The notes: a model not told the origin generated them from the letters alone. Positions 1 to 11,423 are shown, numbered from the stretch's first letter. The stretch is 64,000 nt of DNA from an uncultured bacterium (GCA_965371515.1 CBDUYR010000005.1:18591-82590); one strand, 5' to 3'. Numbers and translations: made by a program.

Positions 1-86
1 CCGGCGCACGCGCCGAATATCACCGGCGTGAGTATGGCAGTCGCGAGGAAGATCATCCGGAACGTTCTTGCAGCATGCATATCCAT
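1..86 (-). CDS. N-terminal fragment of a probable lipoprotein; runs off the window start
   Basis: Manual translation MDMHAARTFRMIFLATAILTPVIFGAC-AG: basic N-terminus, hydrophobic core and lipobox FGAC. Not in the ORF track because it is truncated. Confidence 0.55.
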   Translation of the reverse strand, partial: MDMHAARTFRMIFLATAILTPVIFGACA

Positions 87-168
87 ACGGGGAAATGATA
101 AGGTCGCACGGCCGACGAGTGCCAGATATTTCTGGGATATTATGTCATTCACTGAAGGACGAACGGGG

Positions 169-675
169 TTACGTGGATTTCTTGAGACCCTTGGTGCGTT
201 GCTCCATGAGCTTGTGCCGCAGCCTGCCTAAGTACCTGTTCAACGGGTGGTCGCGGTCGATGAATGGGATCACCGGCTTCTTGCGAACCCCCATGCGGGA
301 GAGCTCGAGCGCCGCGGGGGCGTTCGTGTTGTCCAGCCTGTAAGCCTTCATGAGGTTCTCTCTCGCCTGCATGCGGTCGCCTCTCTCGAGCAGCACGCGG
401 CCCAGGTTGACGTACAGCATCGGGTCGCGTTCATGCCCTGCGAGCTTCAGGGCCATCCTGCACATCCTCTCGCCCTTGGCCTCGTCGCCCATCATCGACT
501 CGCATAACCCCATCGTAGAGAGATATACGGGATTCTCGGGAGATATCTTCAACGCCTGCTCGAGGAGTTTCATGGCCTCGCCGTAGTTATTTTTTTTAAT
601 ATTGGCTTCCGCCTTGACGTAGAATTCCCTCGATTCGAAGGTATCTCTCGGCTCAAGCATCAGTTTGTCTGTCAA
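169..675 (-). CDS. Tetratricopeptide-repeat protein
   Basis: TPR-like helices (YGEAMKLLEQALKISPEN, YVNLGRVLLERGD..A); GGAGG precedes TTG at 675. Confidence 0.8.
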   Translation of the reverse strand: MTDKLMLEPRDTFESREFYVKAEANIKKNNYGEAMKLLEQALKISPENPVYLSTMGLCESMMGDEAKGERMCRMALKLAGHERDPMLYVNLGRVLLERGDRMQARENLMKAYRLDNTNAPAALELSRMGVRKKPVIPFIDRDHPLNRYLGRLRHKLMEQRTKGLKKST

Positions 676-870
676 TTCGTGTCCTCCGGTTGCAAAATCC
701 AACCGGGCCGGCAAAGCATTAAAATCCGAACCCGTTCCAATATTTGAAGTTACACAAACATCGCAGGCCTGGAGGCCGTTCTACGCCGGATTTTGCAATA
801 AACGTTCCGTTAAGACCGGTTCGACCGAGAAAGCAAACACCTCACCCTGGTGGGCCAGTGACTGGCTATA

Positions 871-899
871 TTGACAAAAACGGCTTACTACGCTATAAT
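871..899 (+). promoter_or_regulatory. Consensus sigma70 promoter
   Basis: TTGACA-N17-TATAAT, a perfect match, ~60 nt upstream of the 958 start. Confidence 0.85.
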
Positions 900-957
900 T
901 TACGTACATTGGACGCATTCCTTTTGGACCGGGAACGCGCGCGCTGCATCAATAAGG

Positions 958-2205
958 ATGTGTGAATTGAGAAAGATTCTTCTTACAGGCGTGCTGCTCG
1001 TCGGCGCCCTTTTTCTATCTGCGGCCGGGGCACATGCCCAGGAGTTCGGTTCGATCCAGCTGGTCGGCAATTTCAGCGGGATCACCTGCGAGCCTGACGA
1101 CGCCGCCAACAACATGGATCCCATAGGCGGGAACGTCTGGCAGAAGCTCAAGCTGATCAACGAGCCGGACGACCCCGACACGATATATTTCAAGTTCACC
1201 GCGGACGGATCGTACATGCCCATGCACTGGGGATGGTCGTTCGTATATGGCTGGGGGACTGCCGCCTATGACTGGAACCCACCGTCGATCGCCTCGGTGT
1301 TGCCCGACAGCGGCTACTGGTATTTCTTCTTCAACGATTCCACGTACGAGTACTGGCTCGACAGGCCTGACGCCAGCATCGTGGGCACCCTCGAATCGGA
1401 TCAGCCGGGTGTGCCGGACGGAGCCGTCGTCAGCCTCACCAGCACGAGCGACGGTCATGTAGAATCCTGCTCGCAGTTCCAGGGCAAGAATTTCGATTTC
1501 TCACATCTTCCGGATGGCGAGTTCGTCGTCCTGGCCAGCGCTCCAGGATACAGGGACACGATGGTCACCGGGATCATGACATCTTCCGGCACGGCTACAC
1601 AGATATCCCTGACGCTCGTTCCCGTCACCGCCGTCCAGGTAACAACTGCGCAGTGCGAGAGGGTCAATGGTGGCGTGGTCCTTTCCTGGATCGCGTACTG
1701 CTGCGGCGAGACGACCGGTTTCGACATCTACCGAAGCGACAGCTCCGACCTTGCCTCTGCCGTGAGGAGAAACGAGGAACCGATTTACGGCATCACGAGT
1801 TTCAGCTGGTTCGACGAATGCGACGAGCCGCAGGTCGACAGGTACTACTGGCTGATCGAGCTCGATTCCGCCGACCCGACAATAGTCGGGCCGCTGTTCG
1901 CACCGGGGCTTCCCGGAGTGCCCAGTTCAATAGGCCAGAACTACCCCAATCCCTTCAACCCGGCGACTACGATCCCGTTCACGGTCGGATCGTCCGAAAA
2001 GGACAGCCGGGTGACGATCGCTTTCTACGACGTGTTGGGCAGGACTATAGCCAGGCACGATCTCGGTCATAGATCCGCCGGCGACCACGCGTACGTCTGG
2101 AACCCGGCTCTCTCTTCGGGAAGGTCCATGCCTTCAGGCGTTTACTACTGCAGGCTGCAGATCGGCAAGAAGGCATTCAACCGAAAGATGATTCTGCTCA
2201 GGTGA
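958..2205 (+). CDS. Exported protein: possible carbohydrate-binding N-terminal module, carboxypeptidase-regulatory-like beta domain, C-terminal FlgD-Ig/T9SS-CTD-like domain
   Basis: Signal peptide ending AHA-Q; aromatic-rich module (LVGNFSG...NVW...YFKFTADGSY..HWGW); tail QNYPNPFNP...FYDVLGR...SGVYY...KMILLR. Confidence 0.75.
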   Translation: MCELRKILLTGVLLVGALFLSAAGAHAQEFGSIQLVGNFSGITCEPDDAANNMDPIGGNVWQKLKLINEPDDPDTIYFKFTADGSYMPMHWGWSFVYGWGTAAYDWNPPSIASVLPDSGYWYFFFNDSTYEYWLDRPDASIVGTLESDQPGVPDGAVVSLTSTSDGHVESCSQFQGKNFDFSHLPDGEFVVLASAPGYRDTMVTGIMTSSGTATQISLTLVPVTAVQVTTAQCERVNGGVVLSWIAYCCGETTGFDIYRSDSSDLASAVRRNEEPIYGITSFSWFDECDEPQVDRYYWLIELDSADPTIVGPLFAPGLPGVPSSIGQNYPNPFNPATTIPFTVGSSEKDSRVTIAFYDVLGRTIARHDLGHRSAGDHAYVWNPALSSGRSMPSGVYYCRLQIGKKAFNRKMILLR

Positions 2206-2339
2206 TAAATGCTCGCATCGCCGGGGGGAGTTCCGGATTGAACGGATCGAAGTACAGGAAAATCATCCGGGACATGATAGTCCCACAGACCCGGGTCTGC
2301 CATGCCCGGACCCGGGTCACCTTTTTCAGGATATCATCC

Positions 2340-4250
2340 ATGCTCAAACCCGGGTTCCCTTCAGTCGTCATCCTTCTCGTCGCGCTGGTCCTCCTGCCGG
2401 CAATACCTGCCGGCGCCGATGAGAACGCGATCGATCTCGGCAAGCCGCGCCCTATCAATCCCTCGACAAACAACGGCTTCATCCCGGGAGATCCCGAGGC
2501 GATGGAGTTTTTCGACTTCGAGGGGCCCGTCTTGTACAATCCCGACCAGGACGTGAAGGACCATTCCATCGTGATCGTCGACGGCGTCTATCATATCTTC
2601 TACATCGTGGCCAACGAGAAAACCTTCGGCCATGCCACGTCGACCGACCTTTCCCGGTGGACCTTCCACGAGCCGGTACTTTCGAGGGGACAGCCGGGAG
2701 ACTGGGACGCCATAGATATCTGGGCGCCGTGCGTCGTCCTCATGGAAGGGACGGAGGACCACTACCTCATGTTCTATACCGGCGTCAATCCCTCGTGGGC
2801 CCAGCTGACCGGGATAGCCTATTCGACGAACGGCAACCTCGACTACTGGACCAAGGCCGGCGAAGCGCTCATTGAGCCGTTCGCATGCGATACTTTATGG
2901 TGCTCCTGGAGCGAGAACGAGTACAGCAATTTCCGCGACCCCAACTTCTTCGAAGATGATAGCGGTTGTTATCTCACACAGACAACCAGGACCAGTGCCG
3001 AGTATGGAGCCGTGGCGCTCACGAGCGGAGACGGCAGGTTCTCCTGGAGCGATGCCGGACCGATGTACGTGCACGAAAACTGGCACCTGCTCGAGAGTAC
3101 GTTCCTCCTCAAGCGGAACGGGAAGTACCATCTCTTCTTCACTGAAGAAGGCCTCGGCGGAACCTCGCACATGTTCTCCGATTCACTGACGAGTGGATGG
3201 AATATCATCTACAGGTCGATAATCGATCACGGCCACGCCCCTGAGATCACGCGGACCCCGTCCGGGGCCGATATCATCTCGAGGCATACGTCATACCTCG
3301 ACTACACGGGGGACAACGTCTACTCTATCAGGTTCGACACCCTCCTGTGGAGCGGCGACGACCCCATAGTCGACCTCGCGCCGCCGCTGGGAGACTGGAC
3401 CATTCTGAGCGGAGACGCATTCGATCACCAGCCAGTCTTCGGGGACGCATTCGCTTTCCGCGGCGACGACACGACGAAGGTCGGTTTCGAGGGAAACTGG
3501 TGGATAGGGACGGCGGAGAGATTCGACGGTCCGATATTCGGATACAGGCCCGGTTCCAAGCAGGGAGACGGGCCGAAAGGCGCCATCCGCTCGAGGACCT
3601 TTACCGTGACGGGAAGATCGATGCGACTTCTCGTCGGCGGAGGGGATTATCCGGATTCATGTTTCATCGCGCTGATAGACGCCGGCACCGGCGAGACGGC
3701 CTACAGCGAGACGGGGCGCGGTGTGGAAACGATGGACGAGAGGTTCTGGAATCTCGAGCCTTTCATGGGCCGGCAGGTCTACATAGAGATCGTCGACGAC
3801 TGTTCGTCCCCGATGGGACATATCAACGTCGACTCGATCGAGGAAAGCCCGTTCCCGACACGCACGAGCTCGGCCTCGCCGATCTCCGGCGAATTCGTTC
3901 CCGTGAAGGATGGAGACCAGAATCCGGCGACAGTCTCGATTTCTGCACCGGAAGGCGCTGCGACTCCATACCCCTCTGAAGAAGTATCATGTTCTCCCAA
4001 TCCGTTCAATCCCGTCACAACGATCAGCTTCACGGCCAGTCCGGGCAGCCTGGTCGAGGTGGTAGTGTTCTCCATTGCAGGGAAACGGATCCGCACCGAG
4101 ACCGTGATGGCATCCAGCGACGGGACCGGTTCCGTCGTATGGGACGGCAGGAGCGACTGCGGACAGCAGGTCGCTTCCGGCATCTACGCCGCTGCCGTCC
4201 TCGAAGGCGGCAGGATCGTCGGCATGACCAAGCTTGTGCTGCTGAGGTGA
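2340..4250 (+). CDS. Exported five-bladed beta-propeller glycoside hydrolase (clan GH-J/F, GH32-like) with accessory beta domain and FlgD-Ig/T9SS-CTD-like tail
   Basis: Signal peptide; KDHSIV, HIFY, FGHATSTDL..W, WAP, FRDP and LESTF motifs; tail SPNPFNP...WDGR...SGIY...KLVLLR. Confidence 0.75.
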   Translation: MLKPGFPSVVILLVALVLLPAIPAGADENAIDLGKPRPINPSTNNGFIPGDPEAMEFFDFEGPVLYNPDQDVKDHSIVIVDGVYHIFYIVANEKTFGHATSTDLSRWTFHEPVLSRGQPGDWDAIDIWAPCVVLMEGTEDHYLMFYTGVNPSWAQLTGIAYSTNGNLDYWTKAGEALIEPFACDTLWCSWSENEYSNFRDPNFFEDDSGCYLTQTTRTSAEYGAVALTSGDGRFSWSDAGPMYVHENWHLLESTFLLKRNGKYHLFFTEEGLGGTSHMFSDSLTSGWNIIYRSIIDHGHAPEITRTPSGADIISRHTSYLDYTGDNVYSIRFDTLLWSGDDPIVDLAPPLGDWTILSGDAFDHQPVFGDAFAFRGDDTTKVGFEGNWWIGTAERFDGPIFGYRPGSKQGDGPKGAIRSRTFTVTGRSMRLLVGGGDYPDSCFIALIDAGTGETAYSETGRGVETMDERFWNLEPFMGRQVYIEIVDDCSSPMGHINVDSIEESPFPTRTSSASPISGEFVPVKDGDQNPATVSISAPEGAATPYPSEEVSCSPNPFNPVTTISFTASPGSLVEVVVFSIAGKRIRTETVMASSDGTGSVVWDGRSDCGQQVASGIYAAAVLEGGRIVGMTKLVLLR

Positions 4251-4325
4251 CTTCCCCTCTCGAGACAAAGACCGTGTTTCCCTTTTTTACTCGCCCGGCT
4301 TCTACCTGAATGCTATCTTGAACAC

Positions 4326-4967
4326 ATGAAGCATCTTGCATTGACAGCCACGGTTATCGCGGCGGTGCTGTCATCAGGACTCTCCGCGGAGGGCAGCGAG
4401 AGTATCAAGAGCAAGGAGATCCTGGGAATCAGGATCGGCGGCATCCACAGCACCTCCGGGCTCGACGAAGCCTTCGGGTCGGGGAGCGAGCTCGAGATCT
4501 ATTTCTACCACGGTCTGACATCGTCGGCGGCGTTAGGCATTTCTCTGTCGGGGCACGATTTCGGAAAATCGCGGCTTCCTGAAAAAGATCTCGAGTTCCT
4601 CGGGATTCCCCAGCCGGTCGATTTCATGATCTACTCCCTCACCGGATGCCTGATGGCGAAGACCGACCTGTCGAAAAAGCTCAGGATCAGCGGCGAGTTC
4701 GGCGGGGGACTTTACACGAGTACCACGAGCATTCCAGCCGGCGCTATGATAGAGGGACGGATCACATATAACCATCCGGGGCTTTACGTCGGCAGCGAGC
4801 TCTCGTGGCGTCTGTCGAAGGGCGGGATCCATCTCAGCCTGGGCGGGAAGTGGCATTACGCATTCACGGGCACCGATTACAGGCAGCCGATTTACGTATA
4901 CACGGGCAGGGACTATACGCACTTTTTCCAGGTGACTCTCGGCATATCCTTTTACACTGACGACTGA
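4326..4967 (+). CDS. Outer-membrane beta-barrel protein (about 8 strands)
   Basis: Signal peptide, alternating amphipathic strands, C-terminal QVTLGISFY. Confidence 0.7.
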   Translation: MKHLALTATVIAAVLSSGLSAEGSESIKSKEILGIRIGGIHSTSGLDEAFGSGSELEIYFYHGLTSSAALGISLSGHDFGKSRLPEKDLEFLGIPQPVDFMIYSLTGCLMAKTDLSKKLRISGEFGGGLYTSTTSIPAGAMIEGRITYNHPGLYVGSELSWRLSKGGIHLSLGGKWHYAFTGTDYRQPIYVYTGRDYTHFFQVTLGISFYTDD

Positions 4968-5007
4968 GCCGGCCCGCAACACGGCAAGGGAATCACGGTC
5001 TTAAAAA

Positions 5008-5556
5008 ATGGAGGCAGAGTTGAGCGACAGGGAAGAGCTTAAGAAGATCCTGATCGAACGGTCGATTCTCAAGGGTGATTTCACGCTGGTCTCGGGCAAG
5101 AAGAGCACCTACTACATCAACGGCAAGATGACGACCCTCCACGCAAAGGGCCTGTACCTTTCCGCCAGGCTCCTGCTCGAGAGCCTGGGCGACCTCGAAT
5201 ACGACGGGTTCGCCGGTCCGGTCATCGGCGCCGATCCGATCATCGGGGCACTGCTCGCCCTTTCGGCCGAGCGTGGCGAGGAGAAGGAAGGCTTTCTCAT
5301 CCGAAAGGAAGCGAAGGGTCACGGCACACAGAAGCTCGTCGAAGGAAAACTCGAGTCGGGAATGAAAGTGATAATCGTCGAGGACGTCGTCACCACCGGC
5401 GGCTCCCTTCTAAGGGCGGCGGAGGCCATAGAGGCCGGCGGCGGCGAGATCGCTGCGGTCCATGTGCTTGTTGACAGGGAAGAAGGCGCCGTGGACAGGA
5501 TCGCCGGGGCAGGTTACGAGTTCAGGTCGCTCTTCAGGGTCAGCGAGCTTCTCTGA
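5008..5556 (+). CDS. pyrE: Orotate phosphoribosyltransferase
   Basis: FTLVSGKKSTYY, RKEAKGHG, PRPP-binding IIVEDVVTTGGS. Confidence 0.95.
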   Translation: MEAELSDREELKKILIERSILKGDFTLVSGKKSTYYINGKMTTLHAKGLYLSARLLLESLGDLEYDGFAGPVIGADPIIGALLALSAERGEEKEGFLIRKEAKGHGTQKLVEGKLESGMKVIIVEDVVTTGGSLLRAAEAIEAGGGEIAAVHVLVDREEGAVDRIAGAGYEFRSLFRVSELL

Positions 5557-5929
5557 CCTCGGCAAAGCATATCCCGGTCGCCACGACCGCTCCGCCACCA
5601 AACAGTCCCTTCCACTTCACGCGCACCGATACCCGGCTGACCTCGCCGGACGGATCGCGCACGATTCTGGTGTCGAGCCAATATACGGCGCCGCAGCCGT
5701 CGTCGCAGCTCATGATCCGGCCTTCCGCGGAGCATTTTCCCGTCAGCTTCATCTCTTCCATCGCCCTGTCGAGATGCATCTCGGCGATCATAGACGCCTC
5801 TGCGGCGGGATCCCAGTTCTTCGACTCGGCGCCCGTGAACAGCATGGGTGACGAGATGACGCACGCCAGGAGAAGACTCGAGACTGCTGTGAGGATAACG
5901 ATTTGAGTAGATCGAATCCGCTTTTCCAC
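5540..5929 (-). CDS. Small membrane-anchored hypothetical protein, minor-pilin-like organisation
   Basis: GGAGG before GTG 5929; N-terminal hydrophobic helix, amphipathic helix (A..IAEMHLDRAME), C-terminal beta strands (RVSVRVKW). Confidence 0.5.
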   Translation of the reverse strand: MEKRIRSTQIVILTAVSSLLLACVISSPMLFTGAESKNWDPAAEASMIAEMHLDRAMEEMKLTGKCSAEGRIMSCDDGCGAVYWLDTRIVRDPSGEVSRVSVRVKWKGLFGGGAVVATGICFAEVREAR

Positions 5930-5983
5930 CGGTGTCCTCCCACAAGACATCTATCAGGAAACACCCCGTAGCGGAAAAGCATC

Positions 5984-5998
5984 GCATTAAACATGCCA
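5984..5998 (-). promoter_or_regulatory. Candidate sigma54 (-24/-12) promoter
   Basis: TGGCATGTTTAATGC (GG-N10-GC) ~55 nt upstream of the 5929 start. Confidence 0.55.
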
Positions 5999-6074
5999 GA
6001 GGGAACCCGGCCCGCCGGGGAGGCGGATCTGGTATCGAGAGTATGTAATCGTCCTGATCAGAGCAGTTTGCGGA

Positions 6075-6839
6075 TCAGGGCATCGTAACCGCTGTATCGC
6101 TCTCCATCACCGTGAAGAAATCGTCGGGGAAATCGACGCCGAAACTGACGACCGGTAACAGAAACTCGAAGTATTCCACGTTCTTGTAGTAGCCGGTAAA
6201 CCTGTTGGGGAACCAGATACCGTCTGTCTTGACGTAATCGGAATACTCCTCCCTGAAGGAGAAACTCGAGTCGGAAACGCTTGAAATTGTGACCTGCCTG
6301 ACGAGGAACGACTCCTCGTCGAGGCCGACATCGACGATGTTGTCCATCTTCTCGAACCTGATGTGATACAGGCCGTCCCAGTATTTGCTCTCGATATGCT
6401 CCAGGGCAAGCCCGCCGGCGTTCAGGTAGTCCAGGATCATCGGAAACCTGTACCCGATCATCTCGACTTCCCACTCCGGTACGTCCGCCGCCCCCTTCCT
6501 GCGAGACCACGCGAGCCTCTCACTCTCGTTTACTACTAGGAGCTGAAGATCGACGACCTCTCCCTCGAAGACCCTGTATGTCTTCGTCTTGTATTCCATT
6601 CCCCTCTGAAATACGTCGAAGGGATAGTTAGTCGCGACATGTCCCGGCGGGAGCTGTTTTCTGAATCCCCTGCCCTCGAAGCTCGTAAGCAGGGGGAGGT
6701 TCCTCTCTCCGCCATATGCCTTTAACATCTTCTCGACGGCGTCTTCCGGGTCCTTCACGTTCCCCGAGCACGACGCGATCAGCGCCGCGGAGGCGACCAG
6801 CGCCAGTGTCAATTTAACGAATCTTCCCGATCCTGTCAT
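6075..6839 (-). CDS. Lipoprotein of unknown function (LolA-like/outer-membrane lipoprotein-sorting-like fold suspected)
   Basis: Lipobox LIASC; ..MLKAYGG.. N-terminus and YSDYVKTDGIWFP C-terminal motif typical of this group. Confidence 0.65.
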   Translation of the reverse strand: MTGSGRFVKLTLALVASAALIASCSGNVKDPEDAVEKMLKAYGGERNLPLLTSFEGRGFRKQLPPGHVATNYPFDVFQRGMEYKTKTYRVFEGEVVDLQLLVVNESERLAWSRRKGAADVPEWEVEMIGYRFPMILDYLNAGGLALEHIESKYWDGLYHIRFEKMDNIVDVGLDEESFLVRQVTISSVSDSSFSFREEYSDYVKTDGIWFPNRFTGYYKNVEYFEFLLPVVSFGVDFPDDFFTVMESDTAVTMP

Positions 6840-6886
6840 GGAAGCCACATTCTCCCCTTTCGATCTTCTTCTTACAATCACGCCGA

Positions 6887-7876
6887 TCACTGGAGATGCC
6901 CGGACTCGATCAGCTCGTTTTTTCCGTCTCTCGCCAGGGCGTATGAAAATCCTTCTTTGAGCGCGAACGCGCCGATCTCACCCCTTTTATTAACCGCGAT
7001 ATAGCCTACCTGGAAATCGATCTTCCCGCCCTGCTTCTCGAATATCCTTTCGAGAGCGGCCCTGCAGGCCTTCTCCGGGGACATCCCCCTGCGCATGTTC
7101 TCCACTACGAGGAAACTGCCGCATGTCTTGATGACGGCCTCTCCCCTGCCGGTCGCCGCGACGGCGCCGACCTCGTTGTCGACGTACATCCCCGCGCCGA
7201 TTATCGGCGAGTCTCCCACTCGCCCGTGTATCTTGAATGCCAGGCCCGAGGTCGTGCATGCGCCGGCGAGATCGCCGGCCGCGTCGAGCGCGATCATTCC
7301 TATCGTGTCGTGGTTCTTCTCGCCCCCGGGAAACCAGTCGTCCTTCCCGCTCAACCCCGACTTCCACTTAACCCAAGCCTTCCTTGCTTCCTCGGTCAAC
7401 AGGTCCTCGCGTTCGAAACCGACCCTGCGCGCGAACTCCTCGGCGCCCCCTCCGACGACCATCACGTGGTCGGTGTCTTCCATCACCCTTCGGGCGATCG
7501 ATATCGGATGCTTGTATCCCTCGACGAACGCAGTCGAACCGCAGTTCCCGTCCGGCCCCATTATGCATGCGTCGAGCGTCACCCTGCAGTCCTCGTCGGG
7601 GATGCCGCCGTAACCGACGCTCCTCACCTCAGGGTCCGCCTCAGGGACCTGCACACCGGCCTCGACCGAATCCAGCGCCGTCCCTCCCGACGAAAGTATC
7701 CTCCATGCGGCATCGTTCGCCGCAATCCCATGTTTCCATGTCGATATCACGACGGGGCCGCCCCTGCCGCCACTCCCGGCGGGACCGGCGAACAACCTGT
7801 CCATTGGGATGAGCCCGCCGGCTGCGCCGAGGGCCGCGGACATCTTCAGAAAAGTTCTACGCGTGAAGCCTGGCAT
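6887..7876 (-). CDS. Tat-exported N(4)-(beta-N-acetylglucosaminyl)-L-asparaginase (Ntn hydrolase)
   Basis: Twin-arginine TRRTFLK; autoproteolysis site HD/TIG; TSG, GRVGDSPIIGAG and ATGRGE motifs. Confidence 0.9.
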   Translation of the reverse strand: MPGFTRRTFLKMSAALGAAGGLIPMDRLFAGPAGSGGRGGPVVISTWKHGIAANDAAWRILSSGGTALDSVEAGVQVPEADPEVRSVGYGGIPDEDCRVTLDACIMGPDGNCGSTAFVEGYKHPISIARRVMEDTDHVMVVGGGAEEFARRVGFEREDLLTEEARKAWVKWKSGLSGKDDWFPGGEKNHDTIGMIALDAAGDLAGACTTSGLAFKIHGRVGDSPIIGAGMYVDNEVGAVAATGRGEAVIKTCGSFLVVENMRRGMSPEKACRAALERIFEKQGGKIDFQVGYIAVNKRGEIGAFALKEGFSYALARDGKNELIESGHLQ

Positions 7877-8052
7877 CGGTTCCTCCTTTTACCGTCGAAA
7901 GATCGTCTGGAGGATTATATTTCAACGCGCCGTGAGGTTCCACAGAGAAAAGTCCTCGGAGCGCCGATAAAAATACCGGGCGGCTGCCGGATGCCTCCGC
8001 CCGGTATGTCTTCTGATCGCAAGCGGCCACGACGTCGGGCCGCCGTCTTCCT

Positions 8053-8766
8053 CTAGCCGAGCCTGCGCCTGACAAGCTCCTTCTTGAGCTCGGAGATCGC
8101 CTTTGTCGGATTTAGATCCTTCGGGCATGCCTCCACGCAGTTGAAGATCGTATGGCAGCGCCACAGGCCGTGCCTGTCGTCGAGCGCCTCGAGATGCTCT
8201 GCGCTCCCCTCGTCCCTGCTGTCGGCGATAAACCTGTAAGCCTTGAGGAAGGCGTGAGGACCGAGATACTCCTTGTCCGCCCAGAACGAGGGGCATGACG
8301 AGGTGCATGAACCGCAGAGGATGCACTCGTAGAGGCCGTCGATCTTCTCCCTCTCCTCGGGGGACTGGAGCCTCTCCTGGTCGCTCGGGGGCGGCGAGTG
8401 GGTTATCAGGTACGGCTTCACCGCAAGTATCCCGCGCACCAGCGGATCGAGGGAGACAACAAGGTCCTTTATGACGGGATAGCTGCGCATCGGCTCGACA
8501 GTGATCGTCGATCCACCGACCTCGAGCACCTGCGTCTCGCATGCGAGGTTGTTGACCCCGTTGATCGTCATCGCGCACGAGCCGCAGATCCCGCTCCGGC
8601 ACGAACGCCTGAAGGTCAGGGTCCCGTCCTGTTTCCACTTGATCTCGTTGAGAGCGTCGAGGAGTGTCGTGCCCTTCTCCACGTCGAGCTGATACTCCTG
8701 CATGTAGTGACCCCGACGCTCGTCGTCCGGATTGAAACGATTGATCCTGAACGTGATCATTGCCAT
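8053..8766 (-). CDS. sdhB: Succinate dehydrogenase/fumarate reductase iron-sulfur subunit
   Basis: SCRSGICGSC, CILCGSCTSSCP and CHTIFNCVEACP cluster motifs; start set by AGGAGG. Confidence 0.95.
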   Translation of the reverse strand: MAMITFRINRFNPDDERRGHYMQEYQLDVEKGTTLLDALNEIKWKQDGTLTFRRSCRSGICGSCAMTINGVNNLACETQVLEVGGSTITVEPMRSYPVIKDLVVSLDPLVRGILAVKPYLITHSPPPSDQERLQSPEEREKIDGLYECILCGSCTSSCPSFWADKEYLGPHAFLKAYRFIADSRDEGSAEHLEALDDRHGLWRCHTIFNCVEACPKDLNPTKAISELKKELVRRRLG

Positions 8767-8779
8767 TCCGGGGCCTCCT

Positions 8780-10567
<1,788 letters not shown>

Positions 10568-10573
10568 GACAGG

Positions 10574-10936
10574 TCAACCTCCGTACTGGAACGAGATCAT
10601 CGTCAGGGCGCCGTAAACAGTAAAAACAAGCCCGATGACGGCGATAACGCACCAGATAAGTATCCTCATCCACTGAATGTGGATGTAGTCGCCGAGGACG
10701 AGCCACAGACCGTACAGCCCGTGCATCAGCGCCACGACGAGGAACGAGATGTTAATTGTCTTCCAGAGAGGAGTCGCCACGCGCTCGGCGATCGTGCCGT
10801 AAGCAAGCTCGTCCTTCATCAGAACGTGCAGCACAAGGACGTGGACGAACAGGACAATAGCGAGATAGAGCCCGCTCAGGCGGTGGAAGAACCACCAGAG
10901 AGCTCCGCCCGACCTTGTTGTCTCATTATAACCCAT
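10574..10936 (-). CDS. sdhD: Succinate dehydrogenase hydrophobic anchor subunit
   Basis: Three TM helices, HRLSG and H..GL motifs; operon position. Confidence 0.88.
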   Translation of the reverse strand: MGYNETTRSGGALWWFFHRLSGLYLAIVLFVHVLVLHVLMKDELAYGTIAERVATPLWKTINISFLVVALMHGLYGLWLVLGDYIHIQWMRILIWCVIAVIGLVFTVYGALTMISFQYGG

Positions 10937-10949
10937 TGCGGCCTCCCTT

Positions 10950-11321
10950 CTAACCCGTCGCGGACATCATCCGCGATATCATTACCGCGGCGGAGGCGCC
11001 CCAGCAGGCGAGCCATACCGCTACGGCGATGACGAAAAGCGTCTTCTGCTTCTCGACCATCACGCCCATGTCTATCAGGGTGATCCTCAGTCCATTGAAC
11101 ATGTGGAAGAAGATCACCCCGACGAGCCCGATCTCCATAAACTTGAATAGCGGGCCGCCGAAGAAGTGCATAATCCCGTCGAAGGATTCCTCACCGCCGG
11201 ACAGGTGGCTGATCACCCATATATGCAGGAGCAGGTAGAAGATCAGCCCGAGGCCTGAAAGGCGATGAAGGATCCATGCAAACGTGCCCGCATGGATGCG
11301 GTAACGCTTGATCACCCTCAT
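10950..11321 (-). CDS. sdhC: Succinate dehydrogenase cytochrome b subunit
   Basis: LHRLSG, LHIW and FHMFNGLR; three TM helices. Confidence 0.9.
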   Translation of the reverse strand: MRVIKRYRIHAGTFAWILHRLSGLGLIFYLLLHIWVISHLSGGEESFDGIMHFFGGPLFKFMEIGLVGVIFFHMFNGLRITLIDMGVMVEKQKTLFVIAVAVWLACWGASAAVMISRMMSATG

Positions 11322-11423
11322 CGGGTTCCTCCCGGGTTAAAGAAAGCCGTGGGCTCCGCGGCGATCGCCATGGAACCCGATTGACCTTACTCTGTAAACG
11401 ACTTGATCAGCAGTAACGGGTGC

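Noticed and set aside
871..957. ORF-track N-terminal extensions (also 2202, 8853, 14090, 22757, 25607, 34955, 45256, 58955 starts)
   Set aside because: They begin in promoters or upstream genes; downstream starts fit RBS, signal peptide or family N-termini better.
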